From a virus (lineage: Duplodnaviria > Heunggongvirae > Uroviricota > Caudoviricetes), in the IMG/VR virus record IMGVR_UViG_2671180846_000026: a stretch of 4,217 bases of DNA. One strand, written 5' to 3'. Position numbers and translations under genes: made by a program. The notes below the pieces were generated by a model. That model made no database searches. It was not told where the DNA came from and was given only the letters and a program-made list of their open reading frames with translations. Below, in pieces: positions 1 through 4,217 of the stretch (the first letter of the stretch is position 1; each line of letters opens with the position of its first letter).

Positions 1-95
1 ATATCCCGGTGCTTGTTCAGCTCCCGCAGCGCGGCGCAGACTCGCTCCCACTTCTGGACATGATTCTTCGCCCTACGCAGTTCGCGATTTGCCAT
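1..95 (-). CDS. Hypothetical protein, partial (continues beyond window start); N-terminus MANRELRRAKNHVQKWERVCAALRELNKHRD
   Basis: ATG at 95..93 on the minus strand opens a frame with no stop to the window edge. No clear SD upstream. The same frame stays open and uses good codons upstream to a TAA at 248..246, so this may instead be the shifted C-terminal part of the 113..700 gene. Not in the ORF track because it lacks a stop inside the window. Confidence 0.35.
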   Translation of the reverse strand, partial: MANRELRRAKNHVQKWERVCAALRELNKHRD

Positions 96-112
96 ATGCA
101 GCGATGGCAAAA

Positions 113-700
113 TCAAATCATCTTCTCGCGTTGCAGTAAACGATGGCAGCGACTGCACAATGTCCGCCACAGTTTCTGTTTTAATATCTTCCTGTGTTGC
201 ATCTTTCTGTACCGGTAACGAACACCGGCTGGCTGAGGAAAGGCTTTACCATCGGTTTCCGCTACCGATTCAACTTTCGGCTCTGCTGGTAAATTATCAC
301 CTGGTATGCAGTAACGAATTTTACCGTTCTGGTTTACGCGAATCAGACGACCTTTGCTGATTGCCATTGCCAGCGTTGAAGCAACTTTGCGGGATGTTGT
401 ACCGAACAGCGTAGCCAGTTCATCCGCCGTTTGTGGTCCGCGTTGTTCAATCGTCGCGGTTAAATCGCACTCTGAGATTTTCGCTTCTGTTGCCGTGGTG
501 GTTTCTTCTGGCGCTGGCTGTTCCTGCTGAACGTTGTTATCAGCCACACGCCAGGTGTATACGCTTTTATCAACGAAGCCAGCCTTTTTCAGTTCCCACA
601 GCTCGTTCAGTACTTCTTCACGACTGATATCAAGTCGCGCAGCCAGCTCTACCGACGTGGCTTTTCCCATCGCTTTCAGTGCGTCAAAAACAGTCTCCAT
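113..700 (-). CDS. Conserved lambdoid-prophage protein with N-terminal winged-helix-like segment (possibly DUF1627 family); C-terminal ~35 aa probably out of frame
   Basis: ATG at 700..698 with strong SD (GGAGG, 6-nt spacer) 33 nt downstream of the P-like stop. 195-codon ORF. N-terminus ([28 protein letters not shown]) resembles a wHTH. The basic tail ([29 protein letters not shown]) is rich in rare codons (AGA, AGG, ATA, TTA, CGG) while the alternate frame over 95..245 uses typical codons. Family name is from memory, unverified. Confidence 0.55.
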   Translation of the reverse strand: METVFDALKAMGKATSVELAARLDISREEVLNELWELKKAGFVDKSVYTWRVADNNVQQEQPAPEETTTATEAKISECDLTATIEQRGPQTADELATLFGTTSRKVASTLAMAISKGRLIRVNQNGKIRYCIPGDNLPAEPKVESVAETDGKAFPQPAGVRYRYRKMQHRKILKQKLWRTLCSRCHRLLQREKMI

Positions 701-733
701 AAATTTCCTCCCGGTAAAAAATCACTTCTCAAC

Positions 734-1399
734 TCAAACAAAACCAGCCGCTTTCCGGCGTTCATATTCCTGTTTCAGCAACTCAATTGGCGTTGGCCCC
801 GACGGGCGTTTGGGGGCCGCCAGTTGTCGCCGGACTGGCGGAACGCTCAGGCCGTTACTAACATGCTTTGCCCATTTCGTCAGTTGCCGTTCTGCAAGCC
901 GTTTTAATTCCCCTTCGGTCATCTGGCGCTCAATCCCCTTTGAACGCATCTCGAGGCAAATGTGATACAGCACAGGCTGAGACCACGGGTACTTATCACT
1001 TCCGTCGTATCGCCAGGACTCATTGCGCCAGCGGCGGTACTCCTCCATCACAGCATCCACCGTCAGACCGAATGGATTGGCTCCGCTTTTCGAAATCAGT
1101 GCCACAAACTCAGCCAGGTCCGGAGGCCATGTTTCACCCGCCCGGCAGCGGTCCATGCACTGGCGGCAGACCTGCCGGATTTGCTGCTCAGTCATCGCGC
1201 CAATCTGTGCAATCCAGAGCTTCGAAGGTGCGGCCCCGTTCTTCTGGATCCAGCGGTTCGAATAAACCACCCCCATGAGTTCCCACAGCTTCCAGGCCGT
1301 TTCCGTCGCTGATAAATCCGTTTTCACGTTCCCACTGCTCACGTGCTGCCCGAATTTCCTGAACTGCCCGTGATGCGGTGCCACCTGGTGCTGCTGCAT
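734..1399 (-). CDS. Replication protein P-like (lambda P family helicase loader)
   Basis: 221-codon ORF. ATG at 1399..1397 has an SD (AAGGGG, 6-nt spacer). C-terminal two-thirds resembles recalled lambda P (YPW motif, ELKR/ELRR, C-terminal KAAGFV vs KGASV region). Start is uncertain: in-frame ATGs at 1276 and 1195. The 1195 start forms ATGACTGA with the O-like stop, a coupling-type overlap; the 1399 start implies a 212-nt out-of-frame overlap with the O-like gene. Confidence 0.65.
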   Translation of the reverse strand: MQQHQVAPHHGQFRKFGQHVSSGNVKTDLSATETAWKLWELMGVVYSNRWIQKNGAAPSKLWIAQIGAMTEQQIRQVCRQCMDRCRAGETWPPDLAEFVALISKSGANPFGLTVDAVMEEYRRWRNESWRYDGSDKYPWSQPVLYHICLEMRSKGIERQMTEGELKRLAERQLTKWAKHVSNGLSVPPVRRQLAAPKRPSGPTPIELLKQEYERRKAAGFV

Positions 1400-2228
1400 G
1401 GTTTACCCCTTTGCTGACTGGTTTAACCTGCGCCCTGACGTGATTTACGTGACGGGCGAATTTCTGCTCCCACTGAATCTGCGTAAACACTTTCCCCTCC
1501 GCTGCCCAGTAGTCCCGGAAGGCGGCAAGTTCAGCAGGTGTAAATTCTGTCTCCGGCAAAGCCATCCCCCACAACGCAGCCCGTCGTCGAAAATCCCGTG
1601 ACGGATACCAGCTATCGCTCATCGGGAATTTTCCGATGGGTTCGCTCAGGCCATACAGGAATACAGGGGGGGCTGCCTGTAACGACAAAACTTCCTGCTC
1701 ACTGGTCGGAGCACTCTCGCGTGCGTTATGTGTGGGGTTTAGATCTTTGGGTTCCTTTGGGTTCCGTGATCCGTTTTTGGGTGTCTTTGATGGAAAATTT
1801 GGGTGTCTTTGGTTATTTTCCATGCAGCTAAGAGTTCTGTTTTTGGGTCTGTTTTGTGCTGAAACATAACCATTTTCGGTACTGTTTTTATTAACAGCAC
1901 CAATTTTACCCACCTTTAAAGACTCCCGTTTTTGGGTGTATTCAGGCTCGGCAACACTTTCTTCTACACCGATAAGTCGGTACACCACAATTTGCTTTGT
2001 TCTGCCTTTTCTCTCACCGGTATCAACAATTAACCCAATCTCCATCAGGTGTCGTAAGCTGTCCTGCACAGTCTTTTTGTTCAGTTCCGTTACTTCTGCC
2101 AGTGCAGATACAGACGGGTATGCACACAAATCGGCACCGCACATATCAGCAAGCCAGGTCAATACTGACTTACTGGATGAACTGCCGGTTTTCACCTTTT
2201 TAGCCCATCGTAGTGCATCGATACTCAT
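1188..2228 (-). CDS. Replication initiator, O-like (N-terminal HTH DNA-binding domain, low-complexity P/K/N-rich linker encoded by the iteron region, acidic C-terminal tail)
   Basis: ATG at 2228..2226 with SD (AGGGG, 5-nt spacer). The track's longer ORF begins at a TTG at 2303 with no support. N-terminus MSIDALRWAKKVK...LAEVTELNKKTVQDSLRHLMEIGLI is a typical phage replication-protein HTH. Sits between the cII-position gene and the P-like gene as in lambda O-P. Contains the iteron array. Stop TGA at 1190..1188. Confidence 0.7.
   Translation of the reverse strand: MSIDALRWAKKVKTGSSSSKSVLTWLADMCGADLCAYPSVSALAEVTELNKKTVQDSLRHLMEIGLIVDTGERKGRTKQIVVYRLIGVEESVAEPEYTQKRESLKVGKIGAVNKNSTENGYVSAQNRPKNRTLSCMENNQRHPNFPSKTPKNGSRNPKEPKDLNPTHNARESAPTSEQEVLSLQAAPPVFLYGLSEPIGKFPMSDSWYPSRDFRRRAALWGMALPETEFTPAELAAFRDYWAAEGKVFTQIQWEQKFARHVNHVRAQVKPVSKGVNHAAAPGGTASRAVQEIRAAREQWERENGFISDGNGLEAVGTHGGGLFEPLDPEERGRTFEALDCTDWRDD
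1745..1939. repeat. Iteron-like direct repeats plus AT-rich tract; putative phage origin of replication embedded in the O-like gene
   Basis: Core TTTGGGT at 1748, 1758, 1776, 1798, 1842 and 1931. Perfect tandem 10-mers CTTTGGGTTC at 1745..1754 and 1755..1764. Perfect 14-mers TTTGGGTGTCTTTG at 1776..1789 and 1798..1811 (22-bp period). AT-rich tract about 1860..1920. Same layout as the lambda ori inside gene O. Confidence 0.55.
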
Positions 2229-2672
2229 ACGAACCCCTGGCAGACATTTGTTTATCTGCAAAGTAATATTGGTATTGCTGACGATACGCGTGCTTGAAAG
2301 CAATAGCTTTTTCTATAAGCTCGTCAGTCTCACGTTCCACAACAACTGGATCCGCAAAAAGCAGCCCGGACTCCACCACATCGCCATATTCTTTGTTTAA
2401 CCCGGCGATCATGTACGTAATGCTTTTTCCGTCAGTAATTTCACAATACAATCTGAAATCGCTGATCCGGATAGCCTCCATAATTGCCGGAATCAGCGCC
2501 GTGAATTTGTCACGCTTATCTCTGGTGTCGATAGCTTTCCAGCGTTCGAATATCTTCACCCGGTTAACGCCCAGCGCCCGTTGATCAACCTCGCCATCAT
2601 TAAACGTGACGCGTTGAACATCGATGTTCGGGCGTTCTTTCAGAGCCCAGAATGCTTCCGTGATTAATATCG
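2200..2672 (-). CDS. cII-position regulatory protein (possibly CP76/YdaT-like CII analogue); 5' end lies in the N-run
   Basis: Open, well-codon-adapted frame from the N-run to stop TAA at 2202..2200 (157 codons visible). No ATG, GTG or TTG near its 5' end, so the start must lie in or before the masked stretch. Position between Cro-like and O-like genes matches lambda cII. Family assignment is by position and recollection. Confidence 0.45.
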
Positions 2673-2722
2673 NNNNNNNNNNNNNNNNNNNNNNNNNNNN
2701 NNNNNNNNNNNNNNNNNNNNNN
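2673..2722. other. Run of 50 N (assembly gap or masked sequence)
   Basis: Directly visible. Interrupts the minus-strand coding region between the Cro-like N-terminus and the cII-position ORF, so the track's 228-aa read-through ORF (2200..2886) is partly an artefact of translating N. Confidence 0.99.
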
Positions 2723-2886
2723 TTGGGGTCGTACTGAAGTTCCCCGCCGGATGCCTCTTGCAGGCGCATCGCGCGACCTTCAGGAACCAGTTCCCCCCAT
2801 GCAGCAACGCTTGCCAGCCTAACTCCTGCGACATTGGCAAGCTTTGTTTTGCTGCCAAAAAACGCTATAGCATCAATTTTCAACAT
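2723..2886 (-). CDS. Cro-like HTH regulator (DicC/Cro family), 3' end hidden in the N-run
   Basis: ATG at 2886..2884 with SD (AAGGGG, 6-nt spacer). Translation MLKIDAIAFFGSKTKLANVAGVRLASVAAWGELVPEGRAMRLQEASGGELQYDP has an HTH (GSKTKLANVAGVRLASVAAW) and resembles recalled DicC. Divergent from the repressor gene across a 76-bp region. Confidence 0.65.
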
Positions 2887-2894
2887 ATCGAACC

Positions 2895-2912
2895 CCTTAG
2901 ATTTTCCTAAGG
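2895..2912. promoter_or_regulatory. Operator-like site 1 (perfect inverted repeat CCTTAG-ATTTTC-CTAAGG)
   Basis: 6-bp perfect inverted repeat with 6-bp spacer. Overlaps the predicted Cro-like SD and transcript start. Shares CTTAG-N-TTTT-N-CTA with sites 2, 3 and 4. Confidence 0.5.
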
Positions 2913-2941
2913 AAACTAGATCGTAGAGAAACCTAAGTCAA
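2913..2941 (-). promoter_or_regulatory. Putative sigma70 promoter for the Cro-like early operon (pR analogue)
   Basis: Minus-strand -35 TTGACT (plus 2936..2941), 17-nt spacer, -10 TAGTTT (plus 2913..2918). Predicted start near 2906 gives a ~20-nt leader carrying the SD. Confidence 0.4.
2921..2938. promoter_or_regulatory. Operator-like site 2 (18-mer; reverse complement ACTTAGGTTTCTCTACGA)
   Basis: 15/18 identical to site 3 when reverse-complemented. Lies in the spacer/-35 of the pR-like promoter and over the -35 of the pRM-like promoter. Confidence 0.5.
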
Positions 2942-2954
2942 GAAAAATTAGAAT
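2926..2954 (+). promoter_or_regulatory. Putative promoter for the repressor gene (pRM analogue), possibly giving a leaderless or near-leaderless mRNA
   Basis: -10-like TAGAAT at 2949..2954 ends 8 nt before the ATG at 2963. No SD before the ATG. Weak -35 (GAGAAA, 2926..2931) as in activator-dependent lambda pRM. Confidence 0.3.
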
Positions 2955-2962
2955 TACCTAAT

Positions 2963-3370
2963 ATGAAAAACGAAACCTTCGGTGCTCGCCTCTTATACAG
3001 GCGAAAAAAATTAAAACTGTCTCAGGCCGCATTAGGTAAGCTGGTCAAAGTGGCTCACGTAACAATTTCTCAATGGGAAAGAGATGAAACACAGCCAGCG
3101 GGGAAGAGATTATTCGCACTGAGCCAGGCGCTTCAGTGCTCGCCGACTTGGCTTCTTTTTGGAGATGAAGATAAGCAACCAGGCGAACCGATCCCAGATA
3201 ATCAGCCAGTCAATCTGACAGAAGATCAAAAAGAGTTGCTTCAACTGTTCGACGCACTGCCTGAGTCAGAGCAAAAGGCTCTGTTGTCAGAGATGCGTGC
3301 TCGAGTTGAGAATTTCAACAAACTTTTTGAAGAACTACTCAAAGCTCGCAAAAGAAGCGCAAATAAATAA
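2963..3370 (+). CDS. dicA: HTH-type prophage repressor, DicA-like (XRE-family HTH, no LexA-like S24 peptidase domain)
   Basis: 135-aa ORF, stop TAA at 3368..3370. HTH (LSQAALGKLVKVAHVTISQWERDE) and C-terminal segment (CSPTWLLFGDEDKQP...LPESEQ...EMRARVENFNKLFEELLKARKR) closely resemble recalled E. coli Qin-prophage DicA (also 135 aa), roughly 60% identical by eye. A homologue rather than K-12 dicA itself; symbol denotes family. Confidence 0.8.
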   Translation: MKNETFGARLLYRRKKLKLSQAALGKLVKVAHVTISQWERDETQPAGKRLFALSQALQCSPTWLLFGDEDKQPGEPIPDNQPVNLTEDQKELLQLFDALPESEQKALLSEMRARVENFNKLFEELLKARKRSANK

Positions 3371-3404
3371 CCCCCCTTTTTTTCGCAACTCTCTGTAATA
3401 AAAA

Positions 3405-3433
3405 GCACAAACTTTCAAATACTTGTGTTTTTT
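3405..3433 (+). terminator. Weak candidate intrinsic terminator downstream of the repressor gene
   Basis: Stem GCACAA (3405..3410) pairs with TTGTGT (3423..3428), five Watson-Crick pairs plus one G-T, 12-nt loop, followed by a T-run to 3433. AT-rich and weak. Confidence 0.2.
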
Positions 3434-3443
3434 ACATCAAGAA

Positions 3444-3461
3444 GCTTAGGTTTTTCTACGC
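3444..3461. promoter_or_regulatory. Operator-like site 3 (GCTTAGGTTTTTCTACGC)
   Basis: 14/18 identical to site 1 and 15/18 to reverse-complemented site 2. Immediately upstream of the -35 of the downstream promoter. Confidence 0.5.
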
Positions 3462-3468
3462 AAAAAGC

Positions 3469-3498
3469 TTGACCATAACTCTTAGGCTATTCTAAATT
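3469..3498 (+). promoter_or_regulatory. Putative sigma70 promoter for the downstream plus-strand operon (pL / dicBp analogue)
   Basis: -35 TTGACC (3469..3474), 18-nt spacer, -10 TAAATT (3493..3498). Flanked and overlapped by operator-like sites 3 and 4. Sits about 80 nt upstream of the 3578 start. Confidence 0.45.
3480..3497. promoter_or_regulatory. Operator-like site 4 (TCTTAGGCTATTCTAAAT), degenerate copy
   Basis: 12/18 match to site 3 including the CTTAGG half-site. Overlaps the spacer and -10 of the pL-like promoter. Confidence 0.35.
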
Positions 3499-3510
3499 CT
3501 ACTCATCAAG

Positions 3511-3524
3511 ACACCGCACGGTGT
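3511..3524. promoter_or_regulatory. 14-bp perfect palindrome ACACCG-CA-CGGTGT in the predicted 5' leader of the 3578 ORF
   Basis: Perfect inverted repeat seen directly. Just downstream of the predicted transcript start. Unrelated in sequence to the CTTAGG operator motif. Confidence 0.35.
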
Positions 3525-3577
3525 TCTCAGCAAACAGTTCCGCTACCCGGCGTTAAGGGGAAGCAGAGGATTTCTCA

Positions 3578-3934
3578 GTGGGCGAAGTCAAACATCAGAA
3601 TGGAAGGCGTCCAGGGATCAGCAAAGAAACAGCGATGGCGCTTTATATTGATATCAGCGCCATTGCCGGACAGGTAAGAATTATCAGAGCGGTAACTAAG
3701 CGGTATGCGCCTTTACTTCAGAAAGTCTCTGGTGAGTGCACCGAAGATATTGTCAACGATTTCGTCATCAAACTGCGAGGACTCATCTTCAGTTACAAGG
3801 TGACCACAATTTTTGCAGATGGCTCCCGCGAAACTGTCAGAGCCCTGCGGCTTAAAGGATGTGTCAAAGACTTAGCCACCACATTCTGGGCAAGAAAACT
3901 TGATTGTATTCATAACCAATTTCCTCTCGAGTAA
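3578..3934 (+). CDS. Hypothetical protein (118 aa from GTG; 99 aa if ATG at 3635), first gene of the putative repressor-controlled early-left operon
   Basis: Only long ORF in either strand over 3371..4005. GTG at 3578 preceded by AGAGGA with 7-nt spacer. Contains several rare Arg/Gly codons (AGA x4, AGG, GGA), typical of acquired genes. I do not recognise the protein. Confidence 0.5.
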   Translation: MGEVKHQNGRRPGISKETAMALYIDISAIAGQVRIIRAVTKRYAPLLQKVSGECTEDIVNDFVIKLRGLIFSYKVTTIFADGSRETVRALRLKGCVKDLATTFWARKLDCIHNQFPLE

Positions 3935-4005
3935 CAGACCCCTCAGAGGATACCACCTCGCCTGACGTGGTTAAAAGCAGGCAGCGCTAACCACAAGGAG
4001 CCGAC

Positions 4006-4217
4006 ATGCAGAAACGAGAACCCGTCATCATCGCGCCAGACTATACCGATGATGAACTTTATGAGTGGATGCACCAGAAAATTAAGGCAGCGCAGGACCT
4101 GAAATGGGCCAATGAAGCCAGGGCTAAGCAGGCTGAAAATCTGTCCGCTCTGGAGCAGGATATCACCAATCTGGAAAAAGCAGCGGCATTAAGCATTGCC
4201 AGAATGATTACATACCC
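4006..4217 (+). CDS. Hypothetical protein, partial (3' end beyond window); predicted helical/coiled-coil, N-terminus MQKREPVIIAPDYTDDELYEWMHQKIKAAQDLKWANEARAKQAENL
   Basis: ATG at 4006 preceded by strong SD AAGGAG (3995..4000, 5-nt spacer). Open for 70 codons to the window end with typical codon usage. Absent from the ORF track because no stop lies in the window. Confidence 0.6.
   Translation, partial: MQKREPVIIAPDYTDDELYEWMHQKIKAAQDLKWANEARAKQAENLSALEQDITNLEKAAALSIARMITY

Noticed and set aside
9-360. Plus-strand ORFs 9..218 and 160..360
   Set aside because: Antisense to the better-supported minus-strand genes, with no SD and odd Cys/Phe/Leu-rich composition. Treated as shadow ORFs.
433-965. 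Plus-strand ORFs 433..627 and 534..965
   Set aside because: Lie opposite the 113..700 and P-like genes, are rich in Ser, Arg and Leu, and the second would span the intergenic SD of the minus-strand gene. Spurious.
868-1312. Three overlapping plus-strand ORFs (868..1278, 962..1312, 1023..1265)
   Set aside because: All antisense to the P-like and O-like coding region, mutually overlapping in different frames, low-complexity. Typical antisense open frames of a GC-rich gene.
2228-2303. Upstream extension of the O-like ORF to 2303
   Set aside because: The 2303 start is a TTG with no SD and would overlap the preceding gene by 104 nt. The ATG at 2228 has a good SD and begins the HTH domain.
1398-2584. 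Plus-strand ORFs 1398..1601, 1598..1831, 1636..1869, 1936..2400, 1997..2203, 2294..2584
   Set aside because: Antisense to the O-like and cII-position genes. Several run through the iteron repeats, giving repetitive Phe/Gly/Leu strings, and none has a convincing start context.
2664-2858. Minus-strand ORF 2664..2858 in an alternate frame through the N-run
   Set aside because: Overlaps the Cro-like gene out of frame, partly consists of translated N, and lacks HTH-like features. It would matter only if the gap length is wrong and the true Cro C-terminus falls in this frame.
3371-3383. C6-T7 homopolymer pair (CCCCCCTTTTTTT) right after the repressor stop as a terminator
   Set aside because: No stem-loop precedes the T-run, so it is not an intrinsic terminator by itself. 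The weak hairpin at 3405..3433 is the only candidate.
3935-4005. Possible sRNA or hairpin (CCAC…GTGG) in the 71-nt spacer between the two downstream ORFs
   Set aside because: Only a 4-bp stem with no T-run. The spacer is better explained as the translation initiation region (AAGGAG SD) of the 4006 gene.

Overview
This window reads as the immunity/early-replication region of a lambdoid (Qin/Rac-like) enterobacterial prophage. A DicA-like HTH repressor (2963..3370, +) is transcribed divergently from a Cro-like gene (starts 2886, -). On the minus strand the Cro-like gene is followed by a cII-position regulator, an O-like replication initiator with an embedded iteron/AT-rich origin, a lambda-P-like helicase loader, a winged-helix-like protein, and a partial gene running off the left edge. 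Downstream of the repressor on the plus strand, a putative promoter with flanking operator-like repeats precedes two uncharacterised genes (3578..3934 and 4006..>4217), in the position of a lambda pL-type early-left operon. An 18-bp operator-like motif occurs four times, at the divergent promoter region and at the downstream promoter. A 50-nt run of N (2673..2722) hides the Cro/cII junction. The 3' end of the 113..700 gene shows a frame switch, and the O-like and P-like ORFs overlap by 212 nt. All family assignments are from reading the translations and from recalled family sequences, not from any search.
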